Part shown: positions 26,871 through 40,600 of the stretch, in pieces
How the letters are laid out: each line of letters begins with the position of its first letter
How positions within the stretch are numbered: the first letter of the stretch is position 1
NCBI GenBank assembly: GCA_964276515.1
Contig: OZ193909.1
Coordinates: 11,532,001 to 11,596,000, forward strand
Direction: 5' to 3'
DNA length: 64,000 nt
Origin: Gordius albopunctatus
Lineage: Eukaryota
Position numbers and translations under genes: made by a program
The notes under the pieces: generated by a model
What the model saw: the letters and a program-made list of their open reading frames with translations, nothing else
Told to the model about the DNA's origin: nothing
Database searches by the model: none

Positions 26871-26907
26871 ACCTAATACACCCCGTACAGTACGGGGTGT
26901 ATTAGGT
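26871..26907. repeat. Perfect palindrome, 18-bp arms with 1-nt spacer
   Basis: ACCTAATACACCCCGTAC-A-GTACGGGGTGTATTAGGT, followed by a (GTAG)n-rich tract. Confidence 0.9.
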
Positions 26908-27254
26908 TGTGTTGGGGAATGGGGTGGGGGTAGGTAGGTTAGGTAGGTAGGTAGGGTGGGTAGTATAAGTATAGTATATATAATATAATATATGCATTAG
27001 CATAGCAATAGCATGCGCGAGAACGAGACAGGGATGGCATGGCGAATTTAATTACAAGCTAGATGGTGCTAAAACAATAACCCAATATTATTTTTTAATT
27101 AATTTACCCCAAGATTATATTATGAAATTAAATGAATAATAATAAAATAATCATTTTCTATTTATTATAAATTCAAATATTTAAAAAAAATTCATTTCTT
27201 CATTAAAAAATACTCTTATTTCACGCCTATACGTCAAAACATTAGCCCCAGGTC

Positions 27255-27446
27255 AACCTAACCCAAACCCCGGGTTAAGGTTTGGGTGTATAAAAGACCT
27301 TAAGGTTTTTAAGGTCTTTTTGGGGTTCCACCCCAGTTTTGGGTTAGGGAATCTGAAAGACCTTAAAGGTCTTTTTCCAACCTTAACCCAAAACCCACCT
27401 CGGGTTTGACCTCGGGAAAACCCAACCTAGGTTTTGATCACCACTA
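27255..27446. mobile_element. Partial copy of the palindromic hAT MITE at 58796-59065
   Basis: Near-identical to the reverse complement of 58796-58950; ends GTTTTGATCACCACTA. Confidence 0.8.
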
Positions 27447-28397
27447 AGTGTGCTTTAAATAATTTTAACTATTTATTGTGCTCAGTCAACAGAACGTCCA
27501 GATCGCTGACGATGCGCCTGGCAAAAGGTGAATTAAGGTGATTGTAGCCGCAACGTGCATCTACGCGATTGGCTAGTGCGCGTTCAGAGTCCTCACCACC
27601 CATAAAGTAAATTTGTAAAAATTTATAGGAATCGTTTGGCATTGGCAGCAGTGAGCCAACTTTGTGAAAAACTTGGCCTTTAATTTTGAACGTTGAATTA
27701 AATAACTGACCGTTTCCAGCATCAGTTTTAACTATTTCTGTTGTTTCGAACGATGTCATTTGGAAGCATGAATTAAATGTGCGAATTCCGTGCCAATTAG
27801 TAAGCCGTGCAATAGTTCAGGTGGTGCTTAAATTGCCGTTAGTTGTACTTTTCCTGATGCGCAACACATCCCTGGTGGCTCATTTTTAAATTTAAGTGCA
27901 TGACAATGTGGACATTCCTTGTCTATAGTACCAATGACCACTTTGGAATGGGCGTAATATTCAACATCAGGCTCATACTGGAATGCTAGTCGAAGCAATG
28001 AAGCCGATTTAAATGCTCGATGTACTTGTTGACGTTGTAGGTCATTTTCTCTATGTGTGTTACTTACAAATCGTCGGGCTCTTCTTTGTTGATTTCGTTC
28101 ATATTGTGCCTCTTGCGATTGTGATTCACGTATTTGTGCCATCCTCACACGCTGATGTGAATTGTTTTGTAAGATTTGTTCGTCTGTTCTTTGAGATCTT
28201 ATTTTTTTGCATTAATGGTGACCCTATTGGCAAGGTTCTTGGTGAAGGGTCAGACTAAAATTTGTGGGCTTTTTGAGGGAGTACTAGTTAAATGGAAGTG
28301 CTAGATTAAGCCTATAAATAAATACACGTGGTATAAATAAAAGTTTAATTCACCAAAATGACGGCATCATAAAGAATAGTAGGTAGTCAAGCGCCAA
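27447..28397 (-). mobile_element. Helitron Rep/helicase N-terminal fragment (pseudogene)
   Basis: ORFs 27828-28148 and 27469-27759 carry CPHCHALKFKNEPPGMCCASGKVQL, FQMTSF and FKIKGQVFHKVGSLLP, typical of the Helitron Rep N-terminus; frameshifted and truncated by a MITE. Confidence 0.85.
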
Positions 28398-28466
28398 AAT
28401 CTAACATAGTCCTGCCAGTTTTGGAAGGCCGGGATATCAATACTCCCTCATTCCATATAAACCAAA

Positions 28467-31350
28467 ATGTATACTATGAAAGTTCGTAATAATGAAATTA
28501 ATGAAAGTGCTAGGGCGTCCTCAGTAAACGACGCGCATGGTAGGCGCCCGTATCATGTGAAAAGTCAACGAGGGTCACTACATCTTCCGCAAACGAATGT
28601 AGTTAAAGAAACTAGTTTGCTAAGGACGAGATTGAGAGTGGGCTCGCTAAATGTTGGAACGATGACTGCAAAATGCCGAGAAGTTGCTGACACCCTCAGC
28701 AAGCGACGGGTCGATTTAGCGTGTATACAGGAAACAAGATGGAAAGGAGCAAAAGCAAGGATGATAGGTGGAGGCTATAAACTTTACTTCAATGGCCTAG
28801 AAACGAATAAAATGGCGTCGCAATCATATTAGCTTCCCATCTGCAAGATAAAGTCATTGAGGTACAAAGAAAAAGTGGGTGACTCATGATTTTGAAACTA
28901 TGCATAGAAGGTGAAATGATTAATTTAGTTTCCGTATATGCTCTGCAAACAGGATGCACAGATGAAGAAAAGGAGGACTTTCGGGAAAAATTGGACGAAA
29001 CGCTGCGAATGATATCCAGAGCTGAGATAGTTATAATTGGAGCGGATATGAATGGTCACGTAGGCAAAACAAGAGAAGGATTTGAACGGTACCATGGTGG
29101 AAATGGATACGGAGCGAGAAACGTTGAAGGTGACTAAATATTGAAAATAGCCGTAGCATTTGATTTTGCCATCACAAATACCTTCTTCAAAAAGAATGTA
29201 AATCATCTAATAACGTACAAAAGTGGAAATCGATCTTCGCAGATTGACTTCCTCCTAATATCAAGAAAAGAATTAAAGAATGTACGAGATTGTAAGATGA
29301 TACCAGGTGAAGCTGTTGCAGCCCAGCATAGATCTCCAAGGCTAAAACATAAAACCGAAGAGATTAAATGGGAAAATCAAATGGTTCCGACTACCAAAAT
29401 TGAAAGATATTTACAATGACCAAATAGTTGAAAGGCTGCAAATAGATGATCAGCAGAATGCTAACGATATGTGGAATAACATAGCTAACAGGGTACGATC
29501 AGTAGCGAGATGTGTTCTAGGAGAAGGTAAACCAGGTATACAAAAAGATAGGGAGACATGGTGGTGGAACGAAGAAGTCCAACGCCTGTTCAAGTTGAAA
29601 AGAAAGCATGGCCAGGCAACAGAAATTAAGAAACACGACTGGCATATGCGAAAGCTAAAAACGAGGCAAAACGTTGTGTAGCTAAGGCTAAAACAGAGGT
29701 CTACGAAAATTTGAATGCCAAGTTAATCAGTAAAGAAGGGAAAGAGTGATCTACAAAATCGCAAAAACCAGAGCAAGGAATTCAAAGGATGTGGTAAACG
29801 TGAAATCTATAAAGAGCAAGGAAAGCATCAGTTTAAATCTGGACCATCAAATCATAGATCGTTGTGAAGAATACTGAAAAGAATTATTAAACAGTGAAAA
29901 TGTGTTTTCAGACCACTGCGAAAGCAAGACCTATGAATATGACCCAGAGTTAGAAGTGACAGAGGAAGAGGTTGACCAGGTGCTTAAAAAGATGACCATG
30001 GGTAGAGCGGTGGGACCTGATAATATACCTATGGAAGCTTTTAAAATTCTAGGACCCTTAGGTGTACATCTACTTGCAAAGCTGTTTAACAAAATACTTG
30101 CAAATGGTATGATGCCTGATGAGTGGGGGGAAAACTATGTTATACCTATCTATAAATTGAAGGGATATGTACAAGAATGCAACTACTATCGAGGGATAAA
30201 GTTAACGAGTCACGTAATGAAGGTGTGGGAAAAGGTTATAGAAGCTAGATCCCGAAAAATAATATCAATAGATGAACAAAGATTTGGGTTCATGCCTGGA
30301 AAGTCGACGTCAGATGCAATACATGGTCTTAGGAGACTTATAAAATTATATAAGGAAAAACAAAAGGATCTTCATATGTGTTTCATCGATCTTGAGAAAG
30401 CTTTCGATAAAGTGCCAAGGCAGTTGATATGGGATATCCTGAGTTCCAATGGTGTACCCAACGCTTATATAATGTTAATAAAGAATTTGTATAGAAACGC
30501 AAAAACTAAAGTTCGAACATCCAGTGGTACATCAAAGGGATTCAGTCTAAATGTCGGTGTGCATCAAGGATCGGCCATAAGTCCATTGCTCTTCATATCA
30601 ATAATGGATTCGATAACGAAGGACCTGAAATACGAATCACCTTGGGCAATGCTCTTTGCGGATGATATCGTCCTGTACGCAGGCTCAAACGTGGAATTAG
30701 CAGAGCAGGTAAAGGTATGGATGGAACGAATTGAAAGCAAAGACCTTAGGGTCAACCGAGTTAAACTGAATATGTATGCTTGGAGTCGGGGAATGAATAC
30801 AAAGAAACCCACCTGCAAATAGATGACTGGCGTTTAAGCAGCAGGAAAGAATTCAAATATCTTGGTTCTAGGGTACAATGTAATGGAGGTGTGGAAAACG
30901 AAATTAAGGCAATAATAAACGCAGGCTGGCTAAAATTCAGAGCACATAGTCAAATTGAAAGGACGGTTATATAACACCTGTATTGTACCCACGGTATTGT
31001 ATGGAACGGAAACTTGGGCAATTAAGGCAAAAGAGGAGCAAAATTGGCTACAATGGAGATGCGAATGTTGAGATGGATCTCGGGAATAAGCAAAAAGGAT
31101 CTTATTAGGAATCAAGACATAAGGGATAAACTAAATGTAGTTCTAATTCAGAGAAATTTAGTGGTAAGAAGATTGAGATGATATGGCCATTTGGAGAGAC
31201 GGGAAGAAGGTCACCTGGCAAATCGTATCTAGAAAGTGCAAGTCGAAGCTAAGCGAAAGAGAGGGAGGCCTAAAGTGACAAAGAAGCATAAAATAGATAT
31301 GGACTTGAGAAGGTACGAGCTAAAGCGAAGCTGGAGTAAGTGCAGGAATA
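28467..31350 (+). mobile_element. RTE-clade LINE, family C, near full length but heavily decayed
   Basis: APE (SLNVGTM, CIQETRW, GADMNGHVG) and RT (FIDLEKAFD, GVHQGSAISP, LFADD) fragments in several frames; ends ill-defined. Confidence 0.9.
28509..28616 (+). ncRNA. Conserved multibranch RNA structure (RTE family C homolog)
   Basis: Stems GCUAG/CUAGU, GCGUC/GACGC, GCAUGGUA/UAUCAUGU, ACUACAU/AUGUAGU; compensatory to 22556-22665. Confidence 0.7.
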
Positions 31351-31656
31351 CATGACAGCTATAGGGGAAAAATATTTATCAAAGTTTGCTCTTTATATCA
31401 GTAAATAAATATATTAGACCCTGACTTGCTTTCTTGAAGTTTAAGACGAAACAACAACATTCACCAATAATTAAAATAAATTGACAAATTCTAAAGTGGT
31501 TTCGACGTTTTTTGTGGCCCTTAAATTTTGCGAATGCTTTAAAATTATTAAGTATGCTCTCAAGTTTCTTATAGAATTTGAATTAGATTGAACCATAGTA
31601 ACATTATTATTCTAATTTTTTAAATGAAATATCTTCTCTTATATTTTTATTACAGA

Positions 31657-34600
31657 ATGGACACTATCACAGAACCAAACAGTAATATATTGATTCGGGG
31701 TAATGGGAAGATAAAGACTTTAAAGGATTTTAAATCTCTTAAGTTATCTGGAGATACAGTAAAGTTAGTAAGAAAATGATATAATTCTATATTTAAATAT
31801 TAATTAGCCTATTCTTCTTTATATTAATTTAATTTATTCTGCTAATATTTTGTTGATATTTGTGTCAATAATAACATATGTGAGATTGGAAAAAGATTTA
31901 ATTACGTCAAATTGTAAAATATTTTATATTTAATAATGAAGCTATTCTACATTGAAAGTTAAATATTTATTATTATTAATAAAAATTAAAAATTATTTTG
32001 TATTTTATAAAAAGAACAATCTTTGTAATTAATTTAAATTTTCAAAATATTTTTAATGGAGCTGCATTTAATATCAATTGTAGAATTTAAAGTAAGCCTT
32101 TTTTATATCAAAATAATTGCCAACCTTCTATTATGTACAGATATCTTAAGGTGTTTATGTCAAAAAGAATTTGGGTTCTTTAAATTTCTGAGATAAATAT
32201 TGACTCTTGTATCTATACTCGTAATCGTGATAAAATTAAATTGTACTTGATTTTTAAACAAATTAATCCTACTTAATGACACCATCTCAAAAACAAATTA
32301 AAGCTTAAGTGTTATTTATCAATGCCTATAAATAATAAAGATTGCACAAATTATAATTAGCCTATACTCTTATATTGTTATATGCATGTTTATTGGCACA
32401 TTATTTTATAGCCATAACAGCCACCCTATGAATTTATGTTTTTGCTTTAATGACATTACATGGGTTATTGTGCCGGCTAAAATGTTGATCTTTTATTTAA
32501 TATAGAGGCAAAGTGGGTTTAGGTTACCAGAAATTATTGTTTGAAATCACTGATTATCTAATTTGTTGTTTTTTATTAATTAGTTAATGGGCATCTCATT
32601 TCAAATCGCCACATTTTTGGCCGACCCTTCAGATATTAATGAAATTTAATGAAAATGTAGAAACTATTTTTATTATGAAGTTCTGAAATTTTTAGCTCAT
32701 TTGGGCCACTACTTTTTCAGTTGTGGTTAAATGTCAAAAATTGGTATTTTACATTACTAATTATAAATTCTTGTTATAGTGATGGGTAAGACATGTCTCC
32801 ATAGAAAAAAATGAATTTTTTTGGTCAATTTGTCATCTGATAATGGCTAAAATGTCATTTCTACTGTTTCCTAGTCTAAAACCTTTTATAATCTGAAACA
32901 AATGTTTGTACCACCTATATGAAAGTTTTAATAAAAATGGGATTTGGGCGACCATCCTCAATTTGCCCTCCGTTAATTTTTACTATTGCTTAAATTGTAT
33001 AGGAAATGAATGATCCTATACAAAGAAGAGCCTAATAAGGCCACACAAAGACAGCAAGTAGACAGGGGCTTAAGGGGCAGAGCCCCTTGAGTAATGTTTA
33101 GAGGGGCAGCCCCAACCGGGGTACAGGGGTGAAGGCCTTTGTTTGAATCTTCTTCTTTATCAGTTATTTGGTCCCACGGTCATGGGGTTTGTTTTGATAA
33201 GCTTCTTGCATCTTGACCGGGTGAGTGCCATGTCTTGACTACCCTTTAGTTTTCATAACTTTATCGCCCTGCAGTACTTCGATTTAGGTCATTCGTGTCC
33301 CCCTTAGTATATGTTCATACCACCTTAACCGATTTTCGTTAATCATGTCCGCCATAGGTTGAATATTCATTTTTGTCATGAGAAAGTCATTCATCATATA
33401 GTCGAGCTTAGTTTACGCCAAGCTTCACCGTAGAATTCTCATCTCTGTGGCTTTTATAAGCCATCCTTCCCTGGTGTTTAATGCTGATGCTTAATAATCA
33501 ATTTTTAATTCCTTAATTAATTTATTATCATAATGTCAAGTTCGACAAAAAATAAGGTTTTTTTAAACTCACTTTGTTGTTCACATGTATTCCATCTTTA
33601 TTTAGTTATTTTAAAAATCAACAGTCCAGGTTAAAAATGATCCATAAAATCACCACTGTCTTACGTTAATTTGTAAGAGTAGTACGGCCCGAGGCGAAAA
33701 GCCATTTTTATTTTTGCCCCGAATCGAACCCGGAGCAACATTATTAATCTCGGTTATTTCCGTACCATGCGAATATCCCCTAACTTCCTAAGCAAAGCCT
33801 CTTTTTTGTTTAAAATATGCCTAGATATACAGCATTAAAAACTGAGATATTATGAGAGGTCGTAGAAAAGCATTGCCCACAAACCTTACTTTGGTCAATA
33901 AGCTCTCAGTGTACTCAGTGTACTCAGATAATTCATAAAAACTTAAAGCAACTGGTATAAGCATGGACGTAGCCAAGCCGTCAAACATTAAGGTCCCGCC
34001 TGATTAAATTTCACAGCAAATGAAATTTTTTTCAACGAAGTGTAGAAGAGCTTAGGTTAAAGGCTCAACAAAAAACAACACGGGGCTAGGGGGCGCTACC
34101 TAACACCAAAGAACCGAAGACAATAACCTTGTTAGGAGTTAGGGGCGGAGCCCTTCTTATAGGTCCGAAGAACTGAGATATATCAACATTTATTGGCACT
34201 TTGTTAAAAGTATTTATATTTTTCTCCTTATTTAACGCGCAAAAAATGACAAAATTAGATTTTTTAATTTATTTAGCCACGCAGGAGGTGACACGACCGT
34301 CCTATTATAATAATTGACATGAAAAATAAGCAAAAAAATGACTTTGATTTAATGTTTCAAATCGTAAAAAGTTTCCATTTTCCGCAGCACATGCTTACAT
34401 TTATCAGACTACACTATCTACACGCATGACGGTCTAGAAAATACTATAAGTGAAGTGATACACTTTTACTAAAGAACTGTATATCCAAATTTTCAAAGAA
34501 CACGATAGATACGCATTACGTCATGAGGTTGCGTTTGATTGACATTTTAGTAAACGTCAAAACGTATAAAACTAAATAACATGACTGTCTTGTGACTTAG

Positions 34601-37600
34601 AAATTTGGAATATTATTAAAAACCTAGGCTGAGACCTACCAATCATCCGCAGAAATTTCCATCTAAATCCGTCCAGCCGTTTCGGAGTAGTTTAACCACC
34701 CACACCGTTTCACGAGAATTATATATATATAGAAGTAAAGTCTATGTGTGTATGTATGTAAGGGCTAAATTCTGAAACTACCGCCCCGATTCGCGCGAAA
34801 ATTTAGCCGCAGATGCCCAGGGATGCCAGGGGTAAAATAGCCTTTTCAGATTCATAAAATACCTTTTCGTTTTAAAGATATCGCACATTTCCCGGCCAGT
34901 TTAATTTATAGCAGCATATACAATAATGACGTCAGGAAAGTTAGAATATAAGTAGAAATATGTATTATTTATTTATAGGATTAATTTAATATTATTAAAA
35001 ATAAATATTAGACTTATACATTTTATATATTGCAATGGGCCACGAATTTTATCACATCATGGATTTTATGAACCCACTATTTTTAGTGTATATATAATAA
35101 GACAAACAATTTACTTATGATAATTTGTCTGACTTATTTGATCCCACATAGAGGTGTGCACGGATCAATCCGATCCGATCCGTCCGAACTCGGATCGGAT
35201 TAACATTTTAATTTTGGAAGTCGGATCGCATCGGATCAACATTTTATTTTAGTCAGATCTAGGGATGGATATTTTCCCGGGAAATTTGCTTAAGGGAAAA
35301 TTCAGGGGAAAAAACGGGAAAAAACGGGAATTAACGGGAAAAAACAAGAAATTAAGGGGAAATAACGAGCAAGACAGGTAAATTAGTATAAAAAAATGTC
35401 CATGAGTATGATTAAGATTAATAAAATTTATTAGTTAAACAATATAAAGAAGCAAATACAAGAAAATCATTAAATAGCCAATGATAATTTTTCATCTAAT
35501 TTCTCTTGCTGAGTTTGGGTCATGCTATCAAAGTAACTAATAATATTGGATGTTGATGGTTTTGGGTCACATGAAGCAGATGTTTGTTGTATAGGGCATT
35601 TTTCAAGCATTACCTCACAAATTGATGATTGTGGAGAGGGGGGCATTAAGAAAACTTCTTGACAATTCTTTTCCTTTATAAAATCTGGTCACTTAGCTAT
35701 ATGATTTGTCATTTTGGTTGAGTTTGAAAATGTATATTTTAAATTGCAATAATTGCAAACAGCAATACAACCTTTCTTATTTGAAGATAAATGCTTAGAA
35801 AAATGTTTCCAAATGTCAGATGTTTTTCTTGGCACCTATTAGTCAAAAAAACTAACTATTAGTCAAAAAAATAAGTTTAATAATATTAAATTTTTACATT
35901 TATTGTTTTCAAAGGATTACAGATTATTTTTACCAGAATTGTGTGTAAATTCAGTTTAAATAAAATGTAGAAATTTTAATTTAGTTAGATATAACAAATA
36001 CTTCTATATCAAAAAACTAAATACTAGCATAAAATAAATATCTATTTAAGATTACTTGATTTGAAGTTGGTAAAAATATTTTCACAGTTAATGGCAATAA
36101 AAATATAATAGATTTTGCTAAATATTTTAAATATTCAAGCATATGTAAATTTACCTGTTAATATAACTTAAAAGCTTATCTAGGATTATTGTAATAATTA
36201 ATTTCAGTGTAGATTGCAAATTCTCTAATGTTAAATAAAAAGTTGATACATTTTTTAAATATTACTTATACTTAATATTAAGTTGGTATATAATATTTTC
36301 AGATTTAGAGTAAAATGGCAATATAAAATTTAAATGATTTTACTAAATCTTTTAAATTTACAAGCATATGTAAATTTACCTGTTAATATAACTTAAAAGC
36401 TTATCTAGGATTATTGTAATAATTATTTTATTGTAGATTGCAAATTCTCTATTGTTAAATAACAAGTTAATATATTTTTTAAATTTTACTTATACTTACT
36501 ATTAAGTTGGTATATAATATTTTCAGATTTAGAGTAAAATGGCAATATAAAATTTAAATAATTTTGCTAAACATTGAATTAAATTTACAAGCATGGTAAA
36601 TTTACCTTATATGGAAAGAATTTTACACTAGAGAACTAATTGTTAATGTAACTATAAGGGTATATTGTTTTAACTGATTACTGAGATAATTAACTTTAGT
36701 GTAGATTGCAAAATCTTTTAAGTTAACAACTACATGTTAATAGTATTTAAGCAAATTTTCACAAATTATAAATTAGGAAATATTTAAAATATTGGTTACC
36801 ACGAGGTAAATATGAAATTAAAGTAAATTAAAATAATATATAACTTAAATTAGATCATACATATTTGATTTAAAAAATATATTTTTAGGGGAATTTTCCC
36901 TGGGGAAAAATGATTTTTCCCCGAGGAAGTTTCCCGGGAAAATATGGGAATTTTCCCCGGGAAAATATGGGAATTTTCCCCGGGAAAATATGGGAATTTT
37001 CCCCGGGAAAATTCCCATTGTGCCATCCCTAGTCAGATCGGATACAATAATAATTAAATTAATAATTTTTAATATACCTTTTCGTAATTATCTTTGCATT
37101 CTTTTTTTACTTTACCATTTTTGATGCCCAATACCACCTCCTTACCCCTTACTTACCCTAATATATTTATCAGAATTTCTCTAGCGTTTTTCCCTAGCTA
37201 GACGTAGACACGCATCTCTTTCTATTTCATTTCAACTCAACTCCGAAAATCATCAATCACTCTTCCCTTTCCTTAAAGCACACGCGTAGCTCCTTTCCCT
37301 CTTGATTTCGGGTAATCATGAATGATGTAGCTTGCCTTCTTAGAAGCAATCTCCATGGTGCAGCAGGGGTATTGTCTGGTGTGAGTCACGCTGACTTAAG
37401 GGGAAAAAATAATGGGGGGGGGGTGTTGGAAATAATAATTTGGATTCGTAACAGCTAGCAAATACACCAATATTGTTTATCAGATTAAAAACCGTCATGA
37501 AAGAAATAATAAAAAAATTAAAAAAAAATCTCAAACAAGTTAAAAAAGAAGATGTAAAAAGTCAAATTTGGAGTTACTTTGACCTTCTAAATGAAAATGA

Positions 37601-40600
37601 TACATACACCGGTTATGTTATATGCAAGAAATGCCATCATATCTACACATATAATTCCATTCGAGGTAGTTCCCATCTTTTGCATCATAAATGTATTCCA
37701 AAAACTTCAGCTAAAAATACACTTGACAAATTTGTCACCAAACCTCTCGCTGAAATCACAAAATTAAAAAAATTTTGAAAAGCATATAATTTATTTTATT
37801 TCAAAAGATATTCGACCGTTTTCAATCGTTAACGGGGAAGGATTTAGAGCAATGCTCCAAGAAGCTCTGAATATTGGTGCCATTCATGGTCATATAAACG
37901 TTGATGAATTACTTTCAGATAGGACTACCTTAAGTAGGAATACAGCAAAACTTGCAGATGTAAGTAGAGAAGCATTAATATTAAAGTTACTCCCCCATTT
38001 AAAAGCAAAATCATGTTCAGCCACTCTCGACCTCTGGACAGATGACTTTGTCAAAATAAACTACTTAACATTTTCTTTACATTATATATCCCTCGGAATC
38101 CTACATAAGCATATTCTTTTCACTTCAAAAATAGACGTTGAAAAAAAACAGGGGAAAATATTTTAAGAGAAATATCTGTAAATTTTGAAAAACTTCACAT
38201 CCCTACGGAATACATGAGATTGATAACTTACGTTACCAATCAGGGTTCTAACATGGTCAATGCCTTGCAAAATCATAAGCGAATGAATTGCACGTCCCAT
38301 TTACTGAATACAGTACTACGAAACGTATTCAATAAAAATGATTTTACATTCCATTACCCTCAAATTAATGACTTGATACAAGCATGCAAAAAGCTAACGA
38401 CATATATGAAACAAAATGGCAAAAATAAATATTTAAATCATACATTGCATCAAGCAATAGAAACAAGATGGAACTCCAGACTCGACATGTTTGAGAGCAT
38501 ATTGAAGGAGTATAAGGAACTAACCACATATCTAACTTCTATTGATATGCCAGAGAAGATAGATGTGATTGATAAAAATTTGCTGACCAAACTAATAGAA
38601 GTACTCCGGCCGTTTAAAACGGCTTCTTTAGTTCTGGAAGCTGATCAACACCCAACCTTTCACAATATATGGATTCAATATTACCAATTACTCAGTGATC
38701 TTTCACAATCAGACCACGAGCAAATTGATGATTTTGAAGAACATCACAAAATTAATGATCTTAAAAAAGATGTTTGTACCACCCCCAAGTCAAAATTTCT
38801 AATCACTCAACAACATAAAATTGCCACATTTTTATGCCCAAATTATTGCAATTCAGGATGCTCCCCCCAAATGAGCGAGTAGGCGTAATTAATGAAATAA
38901 GATCCACACTAGCGTCTAAGGATTTTTTGGTAGATTCTGCAGCTGAGATTGAAAATTATGCGGCAAATAGTAGTGATAGTCAGCCTCAAAAAAAAGACAA
39001 AAAAGTAATTAACACACATTTAAATATGTATTATGTATATATATTTTTTACATAAAATAAATTATTTAATTTATATTTTAAAATAGTTAATCAATGGGAA
39101 GATGAGCAGGAAGAAGATAAAGCCCCCGATGAAATCTCAATTTACCTTTCGTTAAAAAATGAAGATTGCAAATATGATTAAAAAAAAAGATTTGCTGAAA
39201 TGGTGGGTTTCATATCAAACAGTCCTGCCAAGGCTTTATACGCTGGCAAATAAATTTTTAGCTATACCTGCTACCTCTACCACTTCGGAAAGAAATTTCT
39301 CGGTGGCTGGAAGAACATTAGAAGAAAGAAGAACGCGAATTAAACCAGAAAATTTAGATTCTTTATTATTTTTATATGATAACATGGAATTAGTCAAATA
39401 AAATTTTATATTTCAAGTATATTAAAATTGCTACACCTTATTTTTATGTATTTTGAATTTAATCATCAATAAAAAGTTCTGTTCGTAAAATTTTAATTAA
39501 AAAATTTCGGATGGGATTTAGATTTTAAAAACTCGGATCGGATGGATACGAAATTTTTTAAAAACCCCTCGGATCGGATCAAAAAAATTTGATCCGTGCA
39601 CACCTCTACCCACTACGTGTGACATTTGTATTTTTTTATATAATACGTTCTTATAATGTAAATTTATATTACATAACTTTTTCAAGGTGGTGTCCCCAAA
39701 TAAATTATATGCTTCTATGGCCATGTGATAATAATAGCAGCTCATTAATTTTGTTCCCAGTTTTATTAGTTGAGTTTTTAAAAAAAAATTTGGTAGTTTT
39801 AAATTTTCTTATTTAAATTTTTTACTTTTTTTAAAAATATTTTTAAAAATTTTTATAGTATGTACAGATGGCGCTAAAGCTAAAATTTATCAAATCGATC
39901 ATAAAAAGCCGTTTTTCGGCCGACCCTCTCACAATTTTATAAAATTTGTTGGATATGTTACAACTAGTAAAATGATTAATTTCCGAAAATTTAGGCCACT
40001 ACTTTTCGAGTTGTGGGCGCTAAAAGGTCGAAAATCGGCCATTAAAAGAATCGGTTCGTGACGCTATATTTAATAAAACTTATAAGTTATTGGCCCCCAA
40101 ATCATAGAATCTTGTTGTAGTAATAAGTAAGACCTATCTCCATAAAAAAAATCAAAAAATTTTTTTTGTCGATTGGTCATCTCATAATGGCCAAAATACC
40201 ATAATTACTGTTGAACCCTCTCAAACCGTTTCAAATTTGAGACAAATGTTTTATACTACCTATTAATCAAATTAAATAAAAGAGAAAGTTGGGCGGCCAT
40301 CTTGAAGTGGTCATAAATTGCTAGAAACGGTATTTTATTTAATTGGCGCCAAAATAACTCTCGGAAATTGATTTTATTACTCATTTAGCTATCTTATAAT
40401 ATTAGTAATATCTATTATACAAATATTTTTGCTATAAATTAACACCCCTACCCCCCCCCCTTAATCCCTATAAATTACAATCAAAATAGGGAGTGATTTT
40501 TTCCCACAAATTATTTTATTGTAGTTTGGAAACAGGCTCGTAAAATAGATAATAAAATTGTCAAGATTATCGAATATAGGCTTTAAAAATGCCTTATCAA

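Larger units (their letters stand above)
35149..39608 (+). mobile_element. hobo/Hermes-like hAT transposon with frameshifted transposase (about 37490-39401)
   Basis: TIRs TAGAGGTGTGCACGGATC...GATCCGTGCACACCTCTA; TCGGA subterminal repeats; BED finger, DIRPFSIV, TLDLWTDD, CTSHLLN, ETRWNS, IPATSTTSERNFS. Confidence 0.9.

Noticed and set aside
28390..28470. Twister ribozyme at the start of RTE family C
   Set aside because: No UCCCAAG or GGAGGG core is visible; this copy is probably 5'-truncated or decayed.
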